NCBI GenBank assembly: GCA_964585825.1
Contig: CAZPFH010000001.1
Coordinates: 1 to 46,813, forward strand
Length of the DNA stretch: 46,813 nt
Source of the DNA: an uncultured Candidatus Peribacteria bacterium
GTDB lineage: Bacteria > Patescibacteriota > Gracilibacteria > UBA1369 > PNNO01
Reading direction: 5' to 3'
Shown here: piece by piece, positions 36,437 to 44,889 of the stretch
Position numbering within the stretch: the first letter of the stretch is position 1
How the letters are laid out: every line of letters begins with the position of its first letter
Position numbers and translations under genes: made by a program
The notes under the pieces: generated by a model
Databases searched by the model: none
What the model was told of the DNA's origin: nothing
What the model saw: the letters and a program-made list of their open reading frames with translations, nothing else

Positions 36437-38131
36437 TTATGTTTGTTTTGATTTCTTTTTTGGCTTAGCACGCATAGCGGTCGGTTTTGATCGTACTCCT
36501 TGCCTGTACAAGAAAAGATCATGATATTTCACATTACGTTTTGTTGTTTTTCTATAAAATGCGGCCGTTGTGTTTATTCCCAAACTATAAGCCGCTAAAG
36601 TACTGTCAAATATCATTTGTTCAACGGCGGCTTTTCCATACAGACGTTTTGCTTCTCGTAACCGTGTTGCTCCACGCTTATTTCCTCGAGTACGTTCAAC
36701 GTATTCCAAAAGCTCTTCGTATAGTCCTTTTTGCGGATCATTTTTTATTTTTTCTCTCTGTTTTGTGGTAAGCATTTCAGACTTAAGCTTAGTACGATCA
36801 AAGCGTTTTTTTGAATAAAAGCCCCATAAATCATCGAAACCTTTATTGTTTAAAAGCCAATCTTCTATAACCGTGTGATCCGCACAATTAGAAGCTAAAC
36901 GTTTCATATGGTCATCTTGTTTTTCCGCTTTCTCGCTGGTTCCAAACGGATTATCGAGACGTCTTGGCTTTGAGATGAATTTATCAAAAACACCCACACC
37001 TTTTCCGGGATGCAAAGAACCACTAAATGCATGATATCCTCCGGCAGCCACACCGGCACTCAGCAAAAAATACGGACTTTTCAACCCATTGAAATATCGC
37101 CCTATTCCTTTTCCATCGCTAATACCCGCCATATAATTCGTAAACATTCCCAATGCCCCTATGCCGGTAACAATCGCAGCTCCGATTGATTTTCTGTTCA
37201 AAATACGTTCAGCAGCATTTATTGCCAATGGATTTTGTAGATTTTTCCGTATTTCTTCTGTTAAAATACGCGACTGTCTTCGTCTTTCACGAATCAATTT
37301 TTCTTCTTTTTTGGATCGCACATAATTCGAGCCTGTAACTTCAGTCATGAAAACTTCATGCTGCTTTAAACTTATAACATTGGCTTGTACCATTTGATCG
37401 GCAAGTTTTCCGGATTCATTACTTCCATATCGATCATTAAATTCACGCAACAACTGCATTCGCTGATGTGGATTCATCATTCGTACAAAAAAAGCGCTGG
37501 CGCTCAATTTCAGTTGCGTAGCCGAAGTAGAAATTTTCATTTTAGCAGATTTGATATTTTTGCATAAAACATCCCAATCTTCCTTTCTCAAAGTATCTTT
37601 TTGGATATGTGCAAAAATTTCACCGATTTTAATATTTTTACTATATAAATTGGAAATATTATCAAGCAATGTATAAAAATAGGCATAATCGCCAACTTCT
37701 ATTTTCCCGTTGTAGCCGGCTAAACATCGTACAGCATAGAGCACCGCTTGTTGATATCTGGTTATGTTTTCTTTAGCCTGCTCAGTTTCTGTTTTAACAC
37801 GCTCCAAAAAACGAGCGTAATCCTCTTTATTGTCATATGAGGCAAACATATCATGTAATTTCTCGAGGACTCCTTCCTGCTGCTTTTTCAATTTCTTTTC
37901 AACAATTTCTTCAAATCTTTTTTGGCGCAAGCTGGGTCTGTCACCGCCTTTATCACGAGCACCCAATGTCATTTTATTCATCTCTATTTTAAGCTTTCGA
38001 AGACTTTCTTTTGTATGCTCTTTTATAGCTTCTTTAACTTGCTTTCCGGTTTCCAAATGTCGTTTTTGATACTTTTCAGAAACATTTCCCGCAGTCGAAC
38101 TTGGCCTGTTTCTTTTTGACGGATTAGCCAT
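36437..38131 (-). CDS. ORFan (564 aa) with a central Gly-rich TM hairpin
   Basis: Basic, coiled-coil-like N-terminus. Hydrophobic segments IGAAIVTGIGALGMFTNYMAGI and YFLLSAGVAAGGYHAF. Basic C-terminus. Confidence 0.75.
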   Translation of the reverse strand: MANPSKRNRPSSTAGNVSEKYQKRHLETGKQVKEAIKEHTKESLRKLKIEMNKMTLGARDKGGDRPSLRQKRFEEIVEKKLKKQQEGVLEKLHDMFASYDNKEDYARFLERVKTETEQAKENITRYQQAVLYAVRCLAGYNGKIEVGDYAYFYTLLDNISNLYSKNIKIGEIFAHIQKDTLRKEDWDVLCKNIKSAKMKISTSATQLKLSASAFFVRMMNPHQRMQLLREFNDRYGSNESGKLADQMVQANVISLKQHEVFMTEVTGSNYVRSKKEEKLIRERRRQSRILTEEIRKNLQNPLAINAAERILNRKSIGAAIVTGIGALGMFTNYMAGISDGKGIGRYFNGLKSPYFLLSAGVAAGGYHAFSGSLHPGKGVGVFDKFISKPRRLDNPFGTSEKAEKQDDHMKRLASNCADHTVIEDWLLNNKGFDDLWGFYSKKRFDRTKLKSEMLTTKQREKIKNDPQKGLYEELLEYVERTRGNKRGATRLREAKRLYGKAAVEQMIFDSTLAAYSLGINTTAAFYRKTTKRNVKYHDLFLYRQGVRSKPTAMRAKPKKKSKQT

Positions 38132-38133
38132 AA

Positions 38134-38631
38134 TTATAATTTAAATACGCGAATAAGTGCATCGACAGCCGACTCTTCTTTCCCTTCTTCCTCCCGTATT
38201 TGAGAGCAAAGATATTCTCTTAATTCTACAGGATCTTGATCACCCAATTGAATTGCAATATCAGGCAAAACACGGGAATTTGATCTCAAATTAAGAGTCT
38301 TAACCATCGGTGGTTTATAAATAATCCAAAATGATTTGATATTTTGATAGGGATACTCTTTATCACCCACTTTTATCCCTTTTGCAGAAACGATTACTTC
38401 AATATGCTTTGGCATATTTCCATGCTGCCAAACATACACGGCTGACAGCAATATAAGAGCAATCAACAATGTCCAATTACTCGTTGCAATAGCATAAATA
38501 CACAACAAAAAATCAGCAATTCCCGCTGCCAAAAACCACTTCCACCCTTTTTCGTGCTGCACGTATTCCGGTGCTTCCCACCGAATATTATTGCTTTGAA
38601 TATAATCTGTTTTTTTTGTTTCGTTTTCCAT
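38134..38631 (-). CDS. Small membrane protein (165 aa): W-E-A-P-E-Y N-terminus, TM hairpin, soluble C-terminal domain
   Basis: RWEAPEYVQHEKGWKWFLAAGIADFLLCIYAIATSNWTLLIALILLSAVYVW. Its stop lies 2 nt before the next ATG. Confidence 0.7.
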   Translation of the reverse strand: MENETKKTDYIQSNNIRWEAPEYVQHEKGWKWFLAAGIADFLLCIYAIATSNWTLLIALILLSAVYVWQHGNMPKHIEVIVSAKGIKVGDKEYPYQNIKSFWIIYKPPMVKTLNLRSNSRVLPDIAIQLGDQDPVELREYLCSQIREEEGKEESAVDALIRVFKL

Positions 38632-38659
38632 CGCTAACTTTTATTTTTATTTTCCTATT

Positions 38660-38688
38660 ATTTTAGCATAAAATAGCGAACAATTCAA
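38660..38688 (-). promoter_or_regulatory. Sigma70-type promoter of the six-gene ORFan operon
   Basis: On the minus strand: TTGAAT, a 17-nt spacer ending in TGc, then TAAAAT. It lies about 29 nt upstream of ATG 38631 and downstream of the purL stop. Confidence 0.45.
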
Positions 38689-38730
38689 TGTTCACCATGC
38701 TTTGTTTTTACTCATTCTACAAGAAACAGC

Positions 38731-41094
38731 CTACAATTTTTCTCGCAAACCTTCCCACCATGCTTTTTTCGCTTTATTAAGCGGGATGTCAACGACCGTT
38801 TTTTTATCGCGTATTATTTCGATTGATTCTTTGTCTGTCACTTCGCCAATACAAGCATAATCGGTTAGTTCATACTTTTTCATTAAATCAACAAAATCAT
38901 TTTCTTTCTCCGTTGGCACTTCAAGGACAAATCCGCCGGTTTCCGAAAACAACAGTTGATATACTCTAAGATCATCTTCACTCATGTCATCCAATAAAAC
39001 AGAAACTCCTTTTTTCCCTTCAGCTCTGCCACCCAAAGCCATTTCAGCAAGCGTAATGGCAACACCTCCTTCAGATATATCGTGAGCTGCGACAACAAAA
39101 CCTTCGTTAATAGCGTCAATCACTGCATATAGTTGTTTTTTTACTTCGGTCAGCTGAGGTTTTGGTATATTTGCACCAAGATGACCTTTAAGATTGTAAT
39201 ATTCACTTCCGCCAAGTTCATTTTTTCGCTTTCCAATAAGATATAACTTGTTTCCTTTGTTTACGAGCTGCATAGTAACCGCTTTATCATAATCATCTAT
39301 TTTTCCGGCACATGAGATAATTGCAGATGGAGGGATAGCACCACTTGCGCTTTGATTATACAAACTTACATTCCCCGAAATAACCGGCATCGGACTATCA
39401 GGATAATCTTTAAGCGGTAAGCCGTTACATGCATCAACAATACCTTTCACCCCTTGCACAAATTCCCACATTTGCGTTGGTTGCTCAGGATTTCCATAAT
39501 TCAAACAATCCGTTATTCCGATAGGACGCGCACCAACCGCGGCAACATTTCTCATCGCTTCAACAACCGCATTTTGAGCTTGGTAATACGGGTCTATTTT
39601 TCCATATCGAGCATTACCGTCAGCTGTTAAAGCAACTCCGATTTTTTTATACCGATCGGGAACATCTTCGCCAAGCAATGGAGCAAGAACACCGGCATCG
39701 GCTTCCCCCGATTCAATAACCGTGTCTCCACGAACCTGCTTATCATATCGTTCATAAACCGGCCTGCGTGAGGCTATGTTTTCCGACGAAAGCAATCTCA
39801 AAAATTCTTCACTATAATCACTTTGCTCTTCTACTTCAGGCTCTTTAAGATTCACTTCTTTCGGCTTAACATCGCGTTCATACTGTATTCCTTCGGTAAT
39901 ATCAACGGCCTGTGCATCACATTCCTTTTCTCCGTTGTACCATATGGTAAAATTCCCTTTTCGCACTTTTCCAACCTTGACTGCTTGCGCATTTTCCGCA
40001 ACAGAAGGCAAATTCCACTTCTTATTATAATGATCTGTAATCAAATCCGTTAAATCCGGGTGACACATCCATGCAAACCGTTCTTGCGTCTCTGAACATG
40101 CAATAACCGACGGATGCAACCCTTCCATCCCAATATGTATCTTCCCCAGATCGATGTCGGCTCCATAACCACGCTTTGCTACCTGTTCAACAGTTGAACA
40201 CACATTGCCTCCGGCACCGTGATCTTTAAACGAAACTTTATCAAGAACTCCTTTTTCTTTTAAAATACGGAACAAATCATAGGTGCTTACCAATAAATGC
40301 CTTTTTAAAAACGGATTTGGTTCTTGTACGGCTCCTTTATTGGCTTCCTTATCTTTTTCATCCAATTCAATGGAAGCAAAAGCCGCACCGCCCATTCCGC
40401 TGTTATCGGTCGGCTTACCCACGATAATAATGTCATATCCTACTTCCGCCGCTTCTTTGGGAACGTACGAATGAATTAATTCAGATTCTTTAACCATGCC
40501 GTATGCAGCAACATTTACCAAACAATTATCATTATATTGCTTGTCAAAATATATATCTCCTCCAAGATTTGGAATTCCCAAAGGATTGCCGTATCCGGCA
40601 ATACCGGAAACCACTCCTTCAGCTATTCTTCGTGAATTATTACTTTCTATATCACCAAAACGAAGCGGATCAAGTGTCCCAATAACTTTACCTCCCATAC
40701 AAGCAACGTCACGAACAATCCCTCCAATACCCGTTGCGGCACCTTCAAACGGTACAATTTGCGAAGGATGATTGTGGCTTTCATGAGCCATAATCAGCCC
40801 ATATCGTTCTCCATCAATTTCAGCTATTTCAACAACTCCCGCATCTTCAACAGGACCCAAAATAACATTGGGGGCTGTGGTGGGTAGCGTTTTTAAATAT
40901 TTTTTCGTACTTCTATACGCACAATGTTCGCTACACTGGATACCAAATAAAATTGCTTCCGTAAGCGTAACCGGCCGTCCCAAAATACCTTCAATTTTCT
41001 TTGCCTCTTCTACTGATAATCCGATTTTGTTCTCCTTTAGAACGGTTGTGATCTCATCATCGGACATCGATGAAAATTGAAATGTCTGCGGCAT
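38731..41094 (-). CDS. purL: Phosphoribosylformylglycinamidine synthase subunit PurL (FGAM synthase II)
   Basis: 787 aa. Motifs SEHCAYRS, AHESHNHPSQIVPFEGAATGIGGIVRDV, and a duplicated AIR-synthase-like fold. Confidence 0.95.
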   Translation of the reverse strand: MPQTFQFSSMSDDEITTVLKENKIGLSVEEAKKIEGILGRPVTLTEAILFGIQCSEHCAYRSTKKYLKTLPTTAPNVILGPVEDAGVVEIAEIDGERYGLIMAHESHNHPSQIVPFEGAATGIGGIVRDVACMGGKVIGTLDPLRFGDIESNNSRRIAEGVVSGIAGYGNPLGIPNLGGDIYFDKQYNDNCLVNVAAYGMVKESELIHSYVPKEAAEVGYDIIIVGKPTDNSGMGGAAFASIELDEKDKEANKGAVQEPNPFLKRHLLVSTYDLFRILKEKGVLDKVSFKDHGAGGNVCSTVEQVAKRGYGADIDLGKIHIGMEGLHPSVIACSETQERFAWMCHPDLTDLITDHYNKKWNLPSVAENAQAVKVGKVRKGNFTIWYNGEKECDAQAVDITEGIQYERDVKPKEVNLKEPEVEEQSDYSEEFLRLLSSENIASRRPVYERYDKQVRGDTVIESGEADAGVLAPLLGEDVPDRYKKIGVALTADGNARYGKIDPYYQAQNAVVEAMRNVAAVGARPIGITDCLNYGNPEQPTQMWEFVQGVKGIVDACNGLPLKDYPDSPMPVISGNVSLYNQSASGAIPPSAIISCAGKIDDYDKAVTMQLVNKGNKLYLIGKRKNELGGSEYYNLKGHLGANIPKPQLTEVKKQLYAVIDAINEGFVVAAHDISEGGVAITLAEMALGGRAEGKKGVSVLLDDMSEDDLRVYQLLFSETGGFVLEVPTEKENDFVDLMKKYELTDYACIGEVTDKESIEIIRDKKTVVDIPLNKAKKAWWEGLREKL

Positions 41095-41111
41095 ATTGTG
41101 GGAATATTAAA

Positions 41112-41327
41112 TTATCGTACGAATGAGATAAGTGCCATGAAACGAGCACGTTTAATCGCTCGCGCAAGCATTTTCTGATGTCTTAAACATACACCGGAGT
41201 AATACTTGGGCACAATCTTCGAATACTTTGTGGTAAACGGTACAAGCGTCTTAATATTCTTATAATCAATATAGTCGGCTTTAGCGTCACAGAATTCACA
41301 AGTTTTATTATATTTATTACGAGCCAT
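41112..41327 (-). CDS. rpsR: 30S ribosomal protein S18
   Basis: CEFCDAKADYIDYKNIKTL...KIVPKYYSGVCLRHQKMLARAIKRARFMALISFV. Confidence 0.95.
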   Translation of the reverse strand: MARNKYNKTCEFCDAKADYIDYKNIKTLVPFTTKYSKIVPKYYSGVCLRHQKMLARAIKRARFMALISFVR

Positions 41328-41353
41328 AATGATAAATAGTTAATCGATAAGAA

Positions 41354-41983
41354 TTAAATGTTGATATTGATATCCGGATCATCCAGTATGCTTTCCAGCT
41401 CAGAATCAAGATCCGAAATATCCATTGCCTTTTTCTTTTCTTCTTTGTCATCTTTTGCAGCCTCTTCTTTAGGTTCTTCCTTTTTAGCCGGTTTTTCTTC
41501 AGCCTTTTCTTCAGTTTTCTTCTCAGCCTTAGGTTCAGGTTTCTTTTCAACCTTCGGCTCCACCTCTTTTTTTACTTTCTTTGAAGAAGTCTTCGACGAT
41601 GAAGATTTTTTCTTCGGTTCAGTTTCTTTATCAGCGCGATGAGTTCTTCTGTCACCTTCTTTTAACTCAAGTTCTGATAATTTTTTAATTTCATAATGCT
41701 TCGGACTTTTTACCACCAGATGCCTCAAAACAACGTTGTTAAGAAGCAATTCTTCTTCCATTTCCGCAATTTTTTTCGGATCTGAAAGAGTGAAATAATA
41801 AATAACATAATAGCCTTTATCATATTTTTTTATGGTAAAAGCAAGGTCGCGAACATCCCAAAGATCCTCATGGTAAATCTCTCCGGTAGAATCCTTGATA
41901 AGTCCTTTAATTTCTTTGAGCTGCTTATCGATATCATCTTGAGAAAGATCAGGTTTTAATATAAGCATGAGCTCATATTTCAC
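41354..41983 (-). CDS. rpsF: 30S ribosomal protein S6 with a roughly 110-aa K/E-rich C-terminal extension
   Basis: S6 core (V/M)KYELMLILKPDLS...WDVRDLAFTIKKYDKGYYVIYYF. GTG at 41983 is preceded by GGAGA, 4 nt upstream, and gives the canonical S6 N-terminus. The track start 42058 would add 25 atypical residues. Confidence 0.85.
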   Translation of the reverse strand: MKYELMLILKPDLSQDDIDKQLKEIKGLIKDSTGEIYHEDLWDVRDLAFTIKKYDKGYYVIYYFTLSDPKKIAEMEEELLLNNVVLRHLVVKSPKHYEIKKLSELELKEGDRRTHRADKETEPKKKSSSSKTSSKKVKKEVEPKVEKKPEPKAEKKTEEKAEEKPAKKEEPKEEAAKDDKEEKKKAMDISDLDSELESILDDPDININI

Positions 41984-42150
41984 TTGATCTCCAGCTGAAG
42001 CAGCTTCGTTTTCCTTTGTTGAAGGCATACTTAATCGGGTTAGTGAAGCCCTCGTCATTTCTCAGCGAGAGCAAAAGTAATAAAAAAGCACGGGAAGATT
42101 ATCAAATCCCCCTCTATATATCAAGTTTTTATTTTATCATTTTAAGTATT

Positions 42151-42969
42151 TCAGATTGAAAATATGACACTAATCGTTCCAATCACAAATAAATAGTATG
42201 CAAAAATATTTAATGAGTGTCTCTTTAAGAATTTCATCAAGAAGTAAACCGAAATAAAACCGGCTACGGCAGATGCAATAAAGCCTATTATTAAGGAGAA
42301 AAATTCAACATTTAGTCCCGTACCGGCTTTGAATTCTTTAATACCTGTTAACAACCCGGCTCCAAAAATCGCCGGCAGAGCCAGTAAAAAGGAAAAACGA
42401 GCTGCTCTTTCCCGACTCATTCCCTGAAATAAACCCGCCGCAATAGTTGAACCGGATCTGGAAACCCCGGGAATTAATGCTGCAGATTGAGCGATTCCGA
42501 TAAAAACCGCCTTTTTCCAGTTCAATCCTTGTTCTTTTTTAATTTTTTTTGATGCCCATTCGGCCAAAATAAATACTTCCCCAACAATAATCATCCATAA
42601 ACCAACATATAACGTACTCCTGAAAATAAAATCTATTGCGTCTTCCAAAAACAAACCAACTAAAACAGCAGGAACAGTACCAATCAAAATATAGCCGATC
42701 ATATTTTGATATTCTTTTGTATCCGATGATTTCTTCATCAAACCGATATATGAAAATAATCCTCTGAAAAGACCAATAATATCTTTCCAAAAATAAACAA
42801 TAATTGCGGCAAATGTCCCCAAATGCACGACAACATCAAAACTTTTCAGAGCCTCAACTTCCAAGCCGAGCAAAGATTCCCCCAACACCAAATGCCCTGA
42901 GGAAGAAATAGGAAGAAATTCGGTAATTCCTTGTAATACACCTAAAAATAGTGCTTCGCCGTAACCCAT
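42151..42969 (-). CDS. uppP: Undecaprenyl-diphosphate phosphatase (BacA/UppP)
   Basis: GVLQGITEFLPISSSGHL and PGVSRSGSTIAAG motifs in a polytopic protein. Confidence 0.93.
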   Translation of the reverse strand: MGYGEALFLGVLQGITEFLPISSSGHLVLGESLLGLEVEALKSFDVVVHLGTFAAIIVYFWKDIIGLFRGLFSYIGLMKKSSDTKEYQNMIGYILIGTVPAVLVGLFLEDAIDFIFRSTLYVGLWMIIVGEVFILAEWASKKIKKEQGLNWKKAVFIGIAQSAALIPGVSRSGSTIAAGLFQGMSRERAARFSFLLALPAIFGAGLLTGIKEFKAGTGLNVEFFSLIIGFIASAVAGFISVYFLMKFLKRHSLNIFAYYLFVIGTISVIFSI

Positions 42970-42972
42970 ATA

Positions 42973-44538
42973 CTAATGCTTAAATGATCTAATGCCGGTG
43001 AACACCATCGACATTCCAAGTTCATCTACGCGCTTTATAACTTGTTCATCGCGAATAGAGCCTCCCGGCTGAATAATAGCTTTTATACCTGCCTTATGTG
43101 CTTGCTCCACACCATCGGGAAACGGAAAAAAGGCATCGGATGCCATAACGGAACCCTTTACTCGATCACCACCTTTTCGACTGGCAATAGTAACCGCATC
43201 AACACGAGCCATCTGCCCCGCTCCTATTCCGGTTGTAACCAAATCTTTCACAAAAACAACTGAATTTGATTTAACATGTTTAACCACATTTCGCGCAAAG
43301 AGCATATCAAGCATTTGTTTTTTTGTAGGCTTTTTCTTGCTTACTACTTTAAGATCTTTCTTTAATACTTTTCGTGTATCCGCATGTTGAATTAAAATGC
43401 CACCGGCTACTTTTTTTATATCGATCTTTTCCGGATCACGATAGAGCTTACCGGTTTCAAGTAAACGAAGATTTTTTCGTTTCGATAATTTACTTAAAGC
43501 ACCTTTTGTAAATTTTGGCGCAACAATGATCTCAACAAACATTTTATTTTTCTTGATATAATCGGCAATTTTTTCATTACAAGTTCGATTCATGGCAATA
43601 ACGCAACCAAACGCCGACATAGGATCGACTTTATGAGCTTTTTCAAACGCATCTTCAATTTTAGTCGCAGAAGCAACGCCGCACGGATTAGTGTGCTTTA
43701 CAATGTTCACAACAGGCAGATCAAAATCTTTTACCAATTCCAAAGCGGCATCAGTATCGATAATATTGTTATACGATAATTGCTTCCCCTGAAGAATCTT
43801 GGCATTGGTAACATTCGGTTGATAATTATCCGGATTACGGAAAAATACAGCTTTTTGATGAGGATTTTCACCATATCGCAAACTCATTTGCTTTACATAA
43901 TGTAAGTCAAGTAATTCGGCTTCACCAAGTTCCTGTCTAAAATAATTACTAATCGCCTGATCGTAATTACAAGTCATATCGAAAGCCTTCAAGGCCAACT
44001 TTTTGCGCATTTCGTCATCGACATATCCTTCCGATTTAAGATGATTTACGATTTCTTGATAGTCCAAGGGGTCAACCACAACAGTCGTGTATCCAAAGTT
44101 CTTTGCCGCAGCACGAATAAGAGTCGGACCTCCTATATCAATATTTTCAATAATTTCTTCTTCATTGGCTCCTTTTTTGGCAGCGGTATCTTCAAATCTA
44201 TATAAGTTAACCACCACCATATCAATTAATTTAATATCATTTTCAACAACTTCTTCCATATGTTTTTCACTATTACGAAGGGCTAAAATACCTCCGTAAA
44301 CCTTTGGGTGCAAGGTTTTAACTCGTCCATCCATCATTTCTGGAAACTTTGTATATGATGCAATATCAATCACATTAACATTATTTCGTTTCAATAATGA
44401 TGCCGTTCCGCCGGTTGAAATAATTTCAACTCCCATTTCTTGCAATTTTTTTGCAAACGGAACCAATCCATCTTTATTTGTAACGCTAATAAGCGCACGC
44501 CTAACAGGATAATGTGTTTTTTGCTTGTCTTTATTCAT
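42973..44538 (-). CDS. purH: Bifunctional AICAR formyltransferase / IMP cyclohydrolase
   Basis: N-terminal MGS-like domain RALISVTNKDGLVPFAKKLQEMGVEIISTGGTA. C-terminal AICARFT domain (GAGQMARVDAV, ASDAFFPF). Confidence 0.95.
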   Translation of the reverse strand: MNKDKQKTHYPVRRALISVTNKDGLVPFAKKLQEMGVEIISTGGTASLLKRNNVNVIDIASYTKFPEMMDGRVKTLHPKVYGGILALRNSEKHMEEVVENDIKLIDMVVVNLYRFEDTAAKKGANEEEIIENIDIGGPTLIRAAAKNFGYTTVVVDPLDYQEIVNHLKSEGYVDDEMRKKLALKAFDMTCNYDQAISNYFRQELGEAELLDLHYVKQMSLRYGENPHQKAVFFRNPDNYQPNVTNAKILQGKQLSYNNIIDTDAALELVKDFDLPVVNIVKHTNPCGVASATKIEDAFEKAHKVDPMSAFGCVIAMNRTCNEKIADYIKKNKMFVEIIVAPKFTKGALSKLSKRKNLRLLETGKLYRDPEKIDIKKVAGGILIQHADTRKVLKKDLKVVSKKKPTKKQMLDMLFARNVVKHVKSNSVVFVKDLVTTGIGAGQMARVDAVTIASRKGGDRVKGSVMASDAFFPFPDGVEQAHKAGIKAIIQPGGSIRDEQVIKRVDELGMSMVFTGIRSFKH

Positions 44539-44821
44539 GACGTTTATGCTTTACAGGATCAAAACCGCCCTCGTTCCAAGGATTGCATCGCAGAACCCTC
44601 CATCCACCTTTTAAAAGACCTATGATTACTCCGTATTCTCGCACCGCTTCAAACATATATTGAGAACAGGTCGGATGAAACTTGCAATATCCATGAGGAA
44701 ACAGTTTCCTCAGAGGACCATGATCAAGAGAAAGAGTTTTTTGATACAATTTTATTAGAGAACACACGACAAAACGTGGAAAATACCAAATCCATTTTAT
44801 TATCTTCTTGAGTATTGTCAT
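44531..44821 (-). CDS. yidD: Membrane protein insertion efficiency factor YidD
   Basis: YQKTLS...CKFHPTCSQYMFEAVREYGVIIGLLKGGWRVLRCNPW..GGFDPV. The first ATG is 44821; the track start 44842 is GTG. The stop overlaps the purH ATG by 8 nt. Confidence 0.85.
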   Translation of the reverse strand: MTILKKIIKWIWYFPRFVVCSLIKLYQKTLSLDHGPLRKLFPHGYCKFHPTCSQYMFEAVREYGVIIGLLKGGWRVLRCNPWNEGGFDPVKHKRHE

Positions 44822-44889
44822 GGCATGGGAAAATAAACCCACAAGGAATCTTAGGTTATGAAATTGCTCAAGTCAACGTGTAATTCTTC

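Noticed and set aside
26741-38631. Type IV secretion, defence-island or toxin-system interpretation of the ORFan operon
   Set aside because: By eye there is no VirB4/VirD4/VirB11-type P-loop, relaxase, pilin, nuclease, methylase, helicase or toxin-antitoxin signature. The only hint is the VirB6/TrbL-like topology of one protein.
41317-41642. ORFs 41317-41550 (-) and 41358-41642 (+), encoding K/R-rich and S/F-rich peptides
   Set aside because: They are alternative-frame and antisense readings of the repetitive AAG/GAA-rich tail of rpsF. They are low-complexity artefacts.
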